Assembly (NCBI GenBank): GCA_964016885.1
Contig: OZ024745.1
Coordinates: forward strand, 65,100,001-65,164,000
Source of the DNA: Eledone cirrhosa
Taxonomy: Eukaryota
Reading direction: 5' to 3'
Length of the DNA stretch: 64,000 bases
Made by a program: the position numbers and the translations under genes. The notes under the pieces were generated by a model. The model made no database searches. It had not been told where the DNA came from and saw only the letters and a list, made by a program, of their open reading frames with translations. Of the stretch, positions 42,901 through 57,700 are shown piece by piece; positions within the stretch are counted from its first letter, which is position 1, and the number at the start of each line of letters is the position of its first letter.

Positions 42901-45900
42901 TTGATCCCTTTTTTATTTGGGGGATCCATTTTTTATTTGGGTGATCCATTTTTTATTTGGGTTGATCCCTTTTTTATTTTGGGGATCCATTTTTTATTTG
43001 GGTGATCCATTTTTTATTTGGGTGATCCATTTTTTATTTGAGGGATCCATTTTATATTTGGGTGATCCATTTTTTATTTGGGGGATCCATTATTTATTTG
43101 GGTGATCTATTTTTTATTTGGGTGATCCATTTTTTATTTGGGGGATCCATTTTTTATTTGGGTGATCCATTTTTTATTTGGGTGATCCATTTTTTATTTG
43201 GGGGATCCATTTTTTATTTGGGGGATCCATTTTTTATTTGGGTGATCCATTTTTATTTGGAGATCCATTTTGTATTTGGGTGATCCATTTTTAATTTGGG
43301 TGATCCATTTTTTATTTGGGGGATCCATTTTTTATTTGGGTGATCCATTTTTTATTTGGGTGATCCATTTTTTATTTGGGGATCCATTTTTTATTTGGGT
43401 GATCCATTTTTTATTTGGGTGATCCATTTTTTATTTGGGGGATACATTTTTTATTTGGGTGCTCCATTTTTTATTTGGGGGGTCCATTTTTTATTTGGGG
43501 GATCCATTTTTATTTGGGTGATCCATTTTTTATTTGGGGGATCCATTTTTTATTTGGGTGATCCCTTTTTTATTTGGGGGATCCATTTTTTATTTGGGTG
43601 ATCCATTTTTTATTTGGGGGATCCATTTTTTATTTGGGTGATCCATTTTTTATTTGGGTGATCCATTTTTTATTTGGGGGATCCATTTTTTATTTGGGTG
43701 ATCCATTTTTTATTTGGGTGATCCATTTTTTATTTGAGGGACCCATTTTATATTTGGGTGATCCATTTTTTATTTGGGTGATCCATTTTTTATTTGGGAG
43801 ATCCATTCTTTATTTGGGGCATCCATTTTTTATTTGGGGGATCCATTTTTTATTTGGGGGATCCATTTTTTATTTGGGGGATCCATTTTTTATTTCGGGG
43901 ATCCATTTTTTATTTGGGTGATTCATTTTTTATTCGGGGGATCCATGTTTTATTTGGGTGATCCATTTTTTTTATTTGGGGGTCCATTTTTTATTTGGGT
44001 GATCCATTTTTTATTTGGGTGATCCATTTTTTATTTGGGGGATCCATTTTTTATTTGGGTGATCCATTTTTTATTTGGGGATCCATTTTTTATTTGGGTG
44101 ATCCATTTTTTATTTGGGTGATCCATTTTTTATTTGGGGGATACATTTTTTATTTGGGTGATCCATTTTTTATTTGGGGGGGTCCATTTTTTATTTGGGG
44201 GATCCATTTTTATTTGGGTGATCCATTTTTTATTTGGGGGATCCATTTTTTATTTGGGTGATCCCTTTTTTATTTGGGGGATCCATTTTTTATTTGGGTG
44301 ATCCATTTTTTATTTGGGGGATCCATTTTTTATTTGGGGGATTCATTTTTTATTTGGGTGATCCATTTTTTATTAGGGGGATCCATTTTTTATTTGGGTG
44401 ATCCATTTTTATTTGGAGATCCATTTTTTATTTAGGTGATCCATTTTATAATTGGGTGATCCATTTTTTATTTGGGGGATCCATTTTTTACTTGGGGGAT
44501 CCATTATTTATTTGGGTGATCCATTTTTTATTTGGGTGATCCATTTTTTATTTGGGTGATCCATTTTTTATTTGGGTGATCCATTTTTTATTTGGGTGAT
44601 CCATTTTTTATTTGGGGGATCCATTTTTTATTTGGGTGATCCATTTTTTATTTGGGGGATCCATTTTTTATTTGGGTGATCCATTTTTTATTTGGGGGAT
44701 CCATTTTTTATTTCGGGGATCCATTTTATATTTGGGTGATTCATTTTTTATTTGGGGGATCCATTTTTTATTTTGGGTGATCCATTTTTTATTAGGGGGA
44801 TCCATTTTTTATTTGGGTGATCCATTTTTATTTGTAGATCCATTTTTTATTTGGGTGATCCATTTTTTAATTGGATGATCCATTTTTTATTTGGGGGATA
44901 CATTTTTTATTTGGGGGATCCATTATTTATTTGGGTGATCCATTTTTTATTTGGGTGATCCATTTTTTATTCGGGGGATCCATTTTTTATTTGGGTGATC
45001 CATTTTTTATTTGGGTGATCCATTTTTTAATTGGGGATCCATTTTTTATTTAGTTGATCCATTTTTTAATTGGGTGATGCATTTTTTATTTGGGGGATCC
45101 ATTTTTTATTTGGGGGATCCATTTTTTATTTGGGGGATCCATTGTTTATTTGGGTGATCCATTTTTTATTTGGGTGATCCATTTTTTATTTGGGGGATCC
45201 ATTTTGTATTTGGGTGATCCATTTTTTATTTGGGTGATCCATTTTTTATTTGGGTGATCCATTTTTTATTTGTGGGATCCATTTTTTATTTGGGTGATCC
45301 ATTTTTTATTTGGGGGATCCTTTTTTTATTTGGGTGATCCATTTTTTATTTGGGTGATCCATTTTTTATTTGGGGGATCCATTTTTTATTTGGGTGATCC
45401 ATTTTTTATTTGGGTGATCCATTTTTTATTTGGGGGATCCATTTTTTATTTGGGTGATCCATTTTTTATTTGGGGGATCCATTTTTTATTTGGGGGATCC
45501 ATTTTTTATTTGGGTGATCCATTTTTTATATGGGTGATCCATTTTTTATTTGGGGGGATCCATTTTTAATTTGGGTGATCCATTTTTTATTTGGGGGATC
45601 CATTTTTTATTTGGGTGATCCATTTTTTATTTGGGGGATCCATTTTTTATTTGGGTGATCCATTTTTTATTTGGGTGATCCATTTTTTAATTGGGTGATC
45701 CATTTTTTATTTGGGGGATCCATTTTTTATTTGGGTGATCCATTTTTTAGTTGGGTGGTCCATTTTTTATTTGGGTGATCCATTTTTTATTTGGGGGATC
45801 CATTTTTTATTTGGGTGATCCATTTTTTATTTGGGGATCCATTTTTTATTTGGGTGATCCATTTTTTATTTGGGTGATCCATTTTTTATTTGGGGGATCC

Positions 45901-47569
45901 ATTTTTTATTTGGGTGATTCATTTTTTAATTGGGGGGTCCATTTTTTATTTGGGGGATCCATTTTTATTTGGGTGATCCATTTTTTATTTGGGGGATCCA
46001 TTTTTTATTTGGGTGATCCATTTTTTATTTGGGTTGATCCCTTTTTTATTTGGGGGATCCATTTTTTATTTGGGTGATCCATTTTTTATTTGGGGGATCC
46101 ATTTTTATTTGGGTGATCCATTTTTTATTTGGGGGATCCATTTTTTATTTGAGTGATCCATTTTTTATTTGGGTTGATCCCTTTTTTATTTGGGGGATCC
46201 ATTTTTTATTTGGGTGATCCATTTTTTATTTGGGGGATCCATTTTTTATTTGGGGGATCCATTTTTTATTTGGTTGATCCATTTTTTATTAGGGGGATCC
46301 ATATTTTATTTGGGTGATCCATTTTAATTTGGAGATCCATTTTTTGTTTAGGTGATCCATTGTATAATTGGGTGATCCATTTTTTATTTGGGGGATCCAT
46401 TTTTTATTTGGGGGATCCATTATTTATTTGGGTGATCCATTTTTTATTTGGGTGATCCATTTTTTATTTGGGTGATCCATTTTTTATTTGGGTGATCCAT
46501 TTTTTATTTGGGTGATCCATTTTTTATTTGGGGGATCCATTTTTTATTTGGGTGATCCATTTTTTATTTGGGTGATCCATTTTTTATTTGAGGGATCAAT
46601 TTTATATTTGGGTGATCCATTTTTTATATGGGTGATCCATTTTTTATTTGGGGGATCCATTTTTTATTTGGGGGATCCATTTTTTATTTGGGGGATCCAT
46701 TTTTTATTTGGGGGATCCATTTTTTATTTCGGGGATCCATTTTTTATTTGGGTGATTCATTTTTTATTTGGGGGATCCATTTTTTATTTGGGTAATCCAT
46801 TTTTTTTATTTGGGGGTCCATTTTTTATTTGGGTGATCCATTTTTTATTTGGATGATCCATTTTTTAATTGGGTGATCCATTTTTATTTGGGTGATCCAT
46901 TTTTTACTTGGGGGATCCATTTTTTATTTGGGTGATCCATTTTTTATTTTGCTGATTCATTTTTTATTTGGGTGATCCATTTTTTATTTGGGGGATCCAT
47001 TTTTTATTTGGGTGAACCATTTTTTATTTGGGAGATCCATTTTTTATTTGGGTGATCCATTTTTTATTTGGGTGATCCATTTTTTATTTGGGGGATCCAT
47101 TTTTTATTTGGGTGATCCATTTTTTATTTGGGTGATCCATTTTTTATTTGGGGGATCCATTTTTTATTTGGGGGATCCATTTTTTATTTGGGTGATCCAT
47201 TTTTATTTGGAGATCCATTTTGTATTTGGGTGATCCATTTTTTAATTGGGTGATCCATTTTTTATTTGGGTGATCCATTTTTTATTTGGGTGGTCCATTT
47301 TTTATTTGGGTGATCCATTTTTTATTTGGGGGATCGATTTTTTATTTGGGTGATCCATTTTTTATTTGGGGATCCATTTTTTATTTGGGTGATCCATTTT
47401 TTATTTGGGTGATCCATTTTTTATTTGGGGGATCCATTATTTATTTGGGTGATCCATTTTTTATTTGGGTGATCCATTTTTTATTTGGGGGATCCATTTT
47501 TTATTTGGGTGATCCATTTTTTATTTGGGTGATCCATTTTTTATTTGGGGGATCCATTTTTTATTTGGG

Positions 47570-49700
47570 GGATCCATTTTTTATTTGGGTGATCCATTTT
47601 TTATTTGGGGGATACATTTTTTATTTGGGTGATCCATTTTTTATTTGGGGGGTCCATTTTTTATTTGGGGGATCCATTTTTATTTGGGTGATCCATTTTT
47701 TATTTGGGGGATCCATTTTTTATTTGGGTGATCCCTTTTTTATTTGGGGGATCCATTTTTTATTTGGGTGATCCATTTTTTATTTGGGGGATCTATTTTT
47801 TATTTGGGGGATTCATTTTTTATTTGGGTGATCCATTTTTTATTAGGGGGGTCCATTTTTTATTTGGGTGATCCATTTTTATTTGGAGATCCATTTTTTA
47901 TTTAGGTGATCCATTTTATAATTGGGTGATCCATTTTTTATTTGGGTGATCCATTTTTTATTTGGGTGATCCATTTTTTATTTGGGGGATCCATTTTTTA
48001 TTTGGGTGATCCATTTTTTATTTGGGTGATCCATTTTTTATTTGAGGGACCCATTTTATATTTGGGTGATCCATTTTTTATTTGGGTGATCCATTTTTTA
48101 TTTGGGGGATCCATTTTTTATTTGGGGGATCCATTTTTTATTTGGGGGATCCATTTTTTATTTGGGGGATCCATTTTTTATTTCGGGGATCCATTTTTTA
48201 TTTGGGTGATTCATTTTTTATTTGGGGGATCCATTTTTTATTTGGGTGATCCATTTTTTTAATTTGGGGGTCCATTTTTTATTTGGGTGATCCATTTTTT
48301 ATTTGGGTGATCCATTTTTTAATTGGGTGATCCATTTTTATTTGGGTGATCCATTTTTTACTTGGGGGATCCATTTTTTATTTGGGTGATCCATTTTTTA
48401 TTTTGCTGATTCATTTTTTATTTGGGTGATCCATTTTTTATTTGGGGGATCCATTTTTTATTTGGGTGAACCATTTTTTATTTGGGGGATCCATTTTTTA
48501 TTTGGGTGATCCATTTTTTATTTGGGTGATCCATTTTTTATTTGGGGGATCCATTTTTTATTTGGGTGATCCATTTTTTATTTGGGTGGTCCATTTTTTA
48601 TTTGGGTGCTCCATTTTTTATTTGGGGGATCCATTTTTTATTTGGGTGATCCATTTTTTATTTGGGGATACATTTTTTATTTGGGTGATCCATTTTTTAT
48701 TTGGGTGATCCATTTTTTATTTGGGGGATACATTTTTTATTTGGGTGATCCATTTTTTATTTGGGGGGTCCATTTTTTATTTGGGGGATCCATTTTTATT
48801 TGGGTGATCCATTTTTTATTTGGGGGATCCATTTTTTATTTGGGTGATCCCTTTTTTATTTGGGGGATCCATTTTTTATTTGGTTGATCCATTTTTTATT
48901 TGGGGGATCTATTTTTTATTTGGGGGATTCATTTTTTATTTGGGTGATCCATTTTTTATTAGGGGGGTCCATTTTTTATTTGGGTGATCCATTTTTATTT
49001 GGAGATCCATTTTTTATTTAGGTGATCCATTTTATAATTGGGTGATCCATTTTTTATTTGGGTGATCCATTTTTTATTTGGGTGATCCATTTTTTATTTG
49101 GGGGATCCATTTTTTATTTGGGTGATCCATTTTTTATTTGGGTGATCCATTTTTTATTTGAGGGACCCATTTTATATTTGGGTGATCCATTTTTTATTTG
49201 GGTGATCCATTTCTTATTTGGGGGATCCATTTTTTATTTGGGGGATCCATTTTTTATTTGGGGGATCCATTTTTTATTTGGGGGATCCATTTTTTATTTC
49301 GGGGATCCATTTTTTATTTGGGTGATTCATTTTTTATTTGGGGGATCCATTTTTTATTTGGGTGATCCATTTTTTTTATTTGGGGGTCCATTTTTTATTT
49401 GGGTGATCCATTTTTTATTTGGGTGATCCATTTTTTAATTGGGTGATCCATTTTTATTTGGGTGATCCATTTTTTACTTGGGGGATCCATTTTTTATTTG
49501 GGTGATCCATTTTTTATTTTGCTGATTCATTTTTTATTTGGGTGATCCATTTTTTATTTGGGGGATCCATTTTTTATTTGGGTGAACCATTTTTTATTTG
49601 GGGGATCCATTTTTTATTTGGGTGATCCATTTTTTATTTGGGTGATCCATTTTTTATTTGGGGGATCCATTTTTTATTTGGGTGATCCATTTTTTATTTG
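47570..49700. repeat. Same 1.1-kb unit in about 2 tandem copies (period 1116 bp)
   Basis: Pseudo-ORFs at 47942/49058, gatcta at about 47790/48906 and ttttgctgattc at about 48401/49517. Confidence 0.85.
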
Positions 49701-52700
49701 GGTGATCCATTTTTTATTTGGGGGATCCATTTTTTATTTGGGGGATCCATTTTTTATTTGGGTGATCCATTTTTATTTGGAGATCCATTTTGTATTTGGG
49801 TGATCCATTTTGTATTTGGGGGATCCATTTTTTAATTGGGTGATCCATTTTTTATTTGGGGGATCCATTTTTTATTTGGGGGATCCATTTTTTATTTGGG
49901 GGATCCATTGTTTATTTGGTTGATCCATTTTTTATTTGGGTGATCCATTTTTTATTTGGGTGATCCATTTTTTATTTGGGTGATCCATTTTTTATTTGTG
50001 GGAACCATTTTTTATTTGGGTGATCCATTTTTTATTTGGGGGATCCTTTTTTTATTTGGGTGATCCATTTTTTATTTGGGTGATCCATTTTTTATTTGGG
50101 GGATCCATTTTTTATTTGGGTGATCCATTTTTTATTTGGGTGATACATTTTTTATTTGGGGGATCCATTTTTTATTTGGGTGATCCATTTTTTATTTGGG
50201 GGATCCATTTTTTATTTGGGGGATCCATTTTTTATTTGGGTGATCCATTTTTTATTTGGGTGATCCATTTTTTATTTGGGGGGATCCATTTTTTTTTTGG
50301 TGATCCATTTTTTATTTGGGGGATCCATTTTTTATTTGGGTGATCCATTTTTTATTTGGGGGATCCATTTTTTATTTGGGTGATCCATTTTTTATTTGGG
50401 TGATCCATTTTTTAATTGGGTGATCCATTTTTTATTTGGGGGATCCATTTTTTAGTTGGGTGGTCCATTTTTTATTTGGGTGATCCATTTTTTATTTGGG
50501 GGATCCATTTTTTATTTGGGTGATCCATTTTTTATTTGGGGATCCATTTTTTATTTGGGTGATCCATTTTTTATTTGGGTGATTCATTTTTTATTTGGAG
50601 GATCCATTTTTTATTTGGGTGATTCATTTTTTATTTGGGGGGTCCATTTTTTATTTGGGGGATCCATTTTTATTTGGGTGATCCATTTTATATTTGGGGG
50701 ATCCATTTTTTATTTGGGTGATCCATTTTTTATTTGGGTTGATCCCTTTTTTATTTGGGGGATCCATTTTTTATTTGGGTGATCCATTTTTTATTTGGAG
50801 GATCCACTTTTTATTTGGGTGATCCATTTTTTATTTGAGGGATCCATTTTATATTTGGGTGATCCATTTTTTATTTGGGGGATCCATTATTTATTTGGGT
50901 GATCCATTTTTTATTTGGGTGATCCATTTTTTATTTGGGTGATCCATTTTTTATTTGGGTGATCCATTTTTTATTTGGGTGATCCATTTTTTATTTGGGG
51001 GATCCATTTTTTATTTGGGTGATCCATTTTTTATTTGGGGATCCATTTTTTATTTGGGTGATCCATTTTTTATTTGGGTGATCCATTTTTTATTTGGGGG
51101 ATACATTTTTTATTTGGGTGATCCATTTTTTATTTGGGGGGGTCCATTTTTTATTTGGGGGATCCATTTTTATTTGGGTGATCCATTTTTTATTTGGGGG
51201 ATCCATTTTTTATTTGGGTGATCCCTTTTTTATTTGGGGGATCCATTTTTTATTTGGGTGATCCATTTTTTATTTGGGGGATCCATTTTTTATTTGGGGG
51301 ATTCATTTTTTATTTGGGTGATCCATTTTTTATTAGGGGGATCCATTTTTTATTTGGGTGATCCATTTTTATTTGGAGATCCATTTTTTATTTAGGTGAT
51401 CCATTTTATAATTGGGTGATCCATTTTTTATTTGGGGGATCCATTTTTTATTTGGGGGATCCATTATTTATTTGGGTGATCCATTTTTTATTTGGGTGAT
51501 CCATTTTTTATTTGGGTGATCCATTTTTTATTTGGGTGATCCATTTTTTATTTGGGTGATCCATTTTTTATTTGGGGGATCCATTTTTTATTTGGGTGAT
51601 CCATTTTTTATTTGGGGGATCCATTTTTTATTTGGGTGATCCATTTTTTATTTGGGGGATCCATTTTTTATTTCGGGGATCCATTTTATATTTGGGTGAT
51701 TCATTTTTTATTTGGGGGATCCATTTTTTATTTTGGGTGATCCATTTTTTATTAGGGGGATCCATTTTTTATTTGGGTGATCCATTTTTATTTGTAGATC
51801 CATTTTTTATTTGGGTGATCCATTTTTTAATTGGATGATCCATTTTTTATTTGGGGGATACATTTTTTATTTGGGGGATCCATTATTTATTTGGGTGATC
51901 CATTTTTTATTTGGGTGATCCATTTTTTATTCGGGGGATCCATTTTTTATTTGGGTGATCCATTTTTTATTTGGGTGATCCATTTTTTAATTGGGGATCC
52001 ATTTTTTATTTAGTTGATCCATTTTTTAATTGGGTGATGCATTTTTTATTTGGGGGATCCATTTTTTATTTGGGGGATCCATTTTTTATTTGGGGGATCC
52101 ATTGTTTATTTGGGTGATCCATTTTTTATTTGGGTGATCCATTTTTTATTTGGGGGATCCATTTTGTATTTGGGTGATCCATTTTTTATTTGGGTGATCC
52201 ATTTTTTATTTGGGTGATCCATTTTTTATTTGGGGGATCCATTTTTTATTTGGGTGATCCATTTTTTATTTGGGGGATCCTTTTTTTATTTGGGTGATCC
52301 ATTTTTTATTTGGGTGATCCATTTTTTATTTGGGGGATCCATTTTTTATTTGGGTGATCCATTTTTTATTTGGGTGATCCATTTTTTATTTGGGGGATCC
52401 ATTTTTTATTTGGGTGATCCATTTTTTATTTGGGGGATCCATTTTTTATTTGGGGGATCCATTTTTTATTTGGGTGATCCATTTTTTATATGGGTGATCC
52501 ATTTTTTATTTGGGGGGATCCATTTTTAATTTGGGTGATCCATTTTTTATTTGGGGGATCCATTTTTTATTTGGGTGATCCATTTTTTATTTGGGGGATC
52601 CATTTTTTATTTGGGTGATCCATTTTTTATTTGGGTGATCCATTTTTTAATTGGGTGATCCATTTTTTATTTGGGGGATCCATTTTTTATTTGGGTGATC

Positions 52701-53599
52701 CATTTTTTAGTTGGGTGGTCCATTTTTTATTTGGGTGATCCATTTTTTATTTGGGGGATCCATTTTTTATTTGGGTGATCCATTTTTTATTTGGGGATCC
52801 ATTTTTTATTTGGGTGATCCATTTTTTATTTGGGTGATCCATTTTTTATTTGGGGGATCCATTTTTTATTTGGGTGATTCATTTTTTAATTGGGGGGTCC
52901 ATTTTTTATTTGGGGGATCCATTTTTATTTGGGTGATCCATTTTTTATTTGGGGGATCCATTTTTTATTTGGGTGATCCATTTTTTATTTGGGTTGATCC
53001 CTTTTTTATTTGGGGGATCCATTTTTTATTTGGGTGATCCATTTTTTATTTGGGGGATCCATTTTTATTTGGGTGATCCATTTTTTATTTGGGGGATCCA
53101 TTTTTTATTTGAGTGATCCATTTTTTATTTGGGTTGATCCCTTTTTTATTTGGGGGATCCATTTTTTATTTGGGTGATCCATTTTTTATTTGGGGGATCC
53201 ATTTTTTATTTGGGGGATCCATTTTTTATTTGGTTGATCCATTTTTTATTAGGGGGATCCATATTTTATTTGGGTGATCCATTTTAATTTGGAGATCCAT
53301 TTTTTGTTTAGGTGATCCATTTTATAATTGGGTGATCCATTTTTTATTTGGGGGATCCATTTTTTATTTGGGGGATCCATTATTTATTTGGGTGATCCAT
53401 TTTTTATTTGGGTGATCCATTTTTTATTTGGGTGATCCATTTTTTATTTGGGTGATCCATTTTTTATTTGGGTGATCCATTTTTTATTTGGGGGATCCAT
53501 TTTTTATTTGGGTGATCCATTTTTTATTTGGGTGATCCATTTTTTATTTGAGGGATCCATTTTATATTTGGGTGATCCATTTTTTATATGGGTGATCCA

Positions 53600-54760
53600 T
53601 ATTTTATTTGGGGGATCCATTTTTTATTTGGGTGATCCATTTTTTATTTGGGGATCCATTTTTTATTTGGGTGATCCATTTTTTATTTGGGTGATCCATT
53701 TTTTATTTGGGGGATACATTTTTTATTTGGGTGATCCATTTTTTATTTGGGGGGGTCCATTTTTTATTTGGGGGATCCATTTTTATTTGGGTGATCCATT
53801 TTTTATTTGGGGGATCCATTTTTTATTTGGGTGATCCCTTTTTTATTTGGGGGATCCATTTTTTATTTGGGTGATCCATTTTTTATTTGGGGGATCCATT
53901 TTTTATTTGGGGGATTCATTTTTTATTTGGGTGATCCATTTTTTATTAGGGGGATCCATTTTTTATTTGGGTGATCCATTTTTATTTGGAGATCCATTTT
54001 TTATTTAGGTGATCCATTTTATAATTGGGTGATCCATTTTTTATTTGGGGGATCCATTTTTTATTTGGGGGATCCATTATTTATTTGGGTGATCCATTTT
54101 TTATTTGGGTGATCCATTTTTTATTTGGGTGATCCATTTTTTATTTGGGTGATCCATTTTTTATTTGGGTGATCCATTTTTATTTGGGGGATCCATTTTT
54201 TATTTGGGTGATCCATTTTTTATTTGGGGGATCCATTTTTTATTTGGGTGATCCATTTTTTATTTGGGGGATCCATTTTTTATTTCGGGGATCCATTTTA
54301 TATTTGGGTGATTCATTTTTTATTTGGGGGATCCATTTTTTATTTTGGGTGATCCATTTTTTATTAGGGGGATCCATTTTTTATTTGGGTGATCCATTTT
54401 TATTTGTAGATCCATTTTTTATTTGGGTGATCCATTTTTTAATTGGATGATCCATTTTTTATTTGGGGGATCCATTTTTTATTTGGGGGATCCATTATTT
54501 ATTTGGGTGATCCATTTTTTATTTGGGTGATCCATTTTTTATTCGGGGGATCCATTTTTTATTTGGGTGATCCATTTTTTATTTGGGTGATCCATTTTTT
54601 AATTGGGGATCCATTTTTTATTTAGTTGATCCATTTTTTAATTGGGTGATGCATTTTTTATTTGGGGGATCCATTTTTTATTTGGGGGATCCATTTTTTA
54701 TTTGGGGGATCCATTGTTTATTTGGGTGATCCATTTTTTATTTGGGTGATCCATTTTTTA
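53600..54760. repeat. About 1.15-kb segment re-copied from about 50990-52140 (offset about 2612)
   Basis: Offsets 51221/53834 and 51831/54443, with extra G7, gtagatcc and tagttgatcc markers at about 53749, 54405 and 54623. Confidence 0.75.
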
Positions 54761-57700
54761 TTTGGGTGATCCATTTTTTATATGGGTGATCCATTTTTTA
54801 TTTGGGGGATCCATTTTTTATTTGGGGGATCCATTTTTTATTTGGGGGATCCATTTTTTATTTGGGGGATCCATTTTTTATTTCGGGGATCCATTTTTTA
54901 TTTGGGTGATTCATTTTTTATTTGGGGGATCCATTTTTTATTTGGGTAATCCATTTTTTTTATTTGGGGGTCCATTTTTTATTTGGGTGATCCATTTTTT
55001 ATTTGGGTGATCCATTTTTATTTGGAGATCCATTTTGTATTTGGGTGATCCATTTTTTAATTGGGTGATCCATTTTTTATTTGGGTGATCCATTTTTTAT
55101 TTGGGTGGTCCATTTTTTATTTGGGTGATCCATTTTTTATTTGGGGGATCGATTTTTTATTTGGGTGATCCATTTTTTATTTGGGGATCCATTTTTTATT
55201 TGGGTGATCCATTTTTTATTTGGGTGATCCATTTTTTATTTGGGGGATCCATTATTTATTTGGGTGATCCATTTTTTATTTGGGTGATCCATTTTTTATT
55301 TGGGGGATCCATTTTTTATTTGGGTGATCCATTTTTTATTTGGGTGATCCATTTTTTATTTGGGGGATCCATTTTTTATTTGGGGGATCCATTTTTTATT
55401 TGGGTGATCCATTTTTTATTTGGGGGATACATTTTTTATTTGGGTGATCCATTTTTTATTTGGGGGGTCCATTTTTTATTTGGGGGATCCATTTTTATTT
55501 GGGTGATCCATTTCTTATTTGGGGGATCCATTTTTTATTTGGGTGATCCCTTTTTTATTTGGGGGATCCATTTTTTATTTGGGTGATCCATTTTTTATTT
55601 GGGGGATCTATTTTTTATTTGGGGGATTCATTTTTTATTTGGGTGATCCATTTTTTATTAGGGGGGTCCATTTTTTATTTGGGTGATCCATTTTTATTTG
55701 GAGATCCATTTTTTATTTAGGTGATCCATTTTATAATTGGGTGATCCATTTTTTATTTGGGTGATCCATTTTTTATTTGGGTGATCCATTTTTTATTTGG
55801 GGGATCCATTTTTTATTTGGGTGATCCATTTTTTATTTGGGTGATCCATTTTTTATTTGAGGGACCCATTTTATATTTGGGTGATCCATTTTTTATTTGG
55901 GTGATCCATTTTTTATTTGGGGGATCCATTTTTTATTTGGGGGATCCATTTTTTATTTGGGGGATCCATTTTTTATTTGGGGGATCCATTTTTTATTTCG
56001 GGGATCCATTTTTTATTTGGGTGATTCATTTTTTATTTGGGGGATCCATTTTTTATTTGGGTGATCCATTTTTTTTATTTGGGGGTCCATTTTTTATTTG
56101 GGTGATCCATTTTTTATTTGGGTGATCCATTTTTTAATTGGGTGATCCATTTTTATTTGGGTGATCCATTTTTTACTTGGGGGATCCATTTTTTATTTGG
56201 GTGATCCATTTTTTATTTTGCTGATTCATTTTTTATTTGGGTGATCCATTTTTTATTTGGGGGATCCATTTTTTATTTGGGTGAACCATTTTTTATTTGG
56301 GGGATCCATTTTTTATTTGGGTGATCCATTTTTTATTTGGGTGATCCATTTTTTATTTGGGGGATCCATTTTTTATTTGGGTGATCCATTTTTTATTTGG
56401 GTGATCCATTTTTTATTTGGGGGATCCATTTTTTATTTGGGGGATCCATTTTTTATTTGGGTGATCCATTTTTATTTGGAGATCCATTTTGTATTTGGGT
56501 GATCCATTTTGTATTTGGGGGATCCATTTTTTAATTGGGTGATCCATTTTTTATTTGGGGGATCCATTTTTTATTTGGGGGATCCATTTTTTATTTGGCG
56601 GATCCATTGTTTATTTGGTTGATCCATTTTTTATTTGGGTGATCCATTTTTTATTTGGGTGATCCATTTTTTATTTGGGTGATCCATTTTTTATTTGTGG
56701 GAACCATTTTTTATTTGGGTGATCCATTTTTTATTTGGGGGATCCTTTTTTTATTTGGGTGATCCATTTTTTATTTGGGTGATCCATTTTTTATTTGGGG
56801 GATCCATTTTTTATTTGGGTGATACATTTTTTATTTGGGGGATCCATTTCTTATTTGGGTGATCCATTTTTTATTTGGGGGATCCATTTTTTATTTGGGG
56901 GATCCATTTTTTATTTGGGTGATCCATTTTTTATTTGGGTGATCCATTTTTTATTTGGGGGGATCCATTTTTTATTTGGTGATCCATTTTTTATTTGGGG
57001 GATCCATTTTTTATTTGGGTGATCCATTTTTTATTTGGGGGATCCATTTTTTATTTGGGTGATCCATTTTTTATTTGGGTGATCCATTTTTTAATTGGGT
57101 GATCCATTTTTTATTTGGGGGATCCATTTTTTAGTTGGGTGGTCCATTTTTTATTTGGGTGATCCATTTTTTATTTGGGGGATCCATTTTTTATTTGGGT
57201 GATCCATTTTTTATTTGGGGATCCATTTTTTATTTGGGTGATCCATTTTTTATTTGGGTGATCCATTTTTTATTTGGGAGATCCATTTTTTATTTGGGTG
57301 ATTCATTTTTTATTTGGGGGGTCCATTTTTTATTTGGGGGATCCATTTTTATTTGGGTGATCCATTTTATATTTGGGGGATCCATTTTTTATTTGGGTGA
57401 TCCATTTTTTATTTGGGTTGATCCCTTTTTTATTTGGGGGATCCATTTTTTATTTGGGTGATCCATTTTTTATTTGGAGGATCCACTTTTTATTTGGGTG
57501 ATCCATTTTTTATTTGAGGGATCCATTTTATATTTGGGTGATCCATTTTTTATTTGGGGGATCCATTATTTATTTGGGTGATCCATTTTTTATTTGGGTG
57601 ATCCATTTTTTATTTGGGTGATCCATTTTTTATTTGGGTGATCCATTTTTTATTTGGGTGATCCATTTTTTATTTGGGGGATCCATTTTTTATTTGGGTG

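Larger units (their letters stand above)
8420..49420. repeat. Largest higher-order tandem duplication: copy 1 about 8420-30960 (22.54 kb), copy 2 about 30960-49420 (about 18.45 kb)
   Basis: Matching pseudo-ORFs recur at offsets of 22540 (8565/31105, 9945/32485, 16067/38607), 22620 (16965/39585), 23040 (19080/42120, 22230/45270), 19251 (26500/45751), 19529 (27757/47286) and 18453 (30605/49058). Rare variants are shared: ccaattttta 10171/32711, ccatttttca 12041/34581, tgatacatgt 19801/42841. At the junction, tgattcattt 8431 matches 30971. Confidence 0.9.

Noticed and set aside
20955-52810. Exactly 30,000-bp offset between about 20955-22810 and about 50955-52810, suggesting an artificial copy
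   Set aside because: It is the sum of two independent offsets (23040 + 6960), and the copies differ (cttggggg at 21451 vs tttggggg at 51451, tgtggg at 22231 vs tggggg at 52231). Offsets tend to be near multiples of 20, so a round number is plausible by coincidence.
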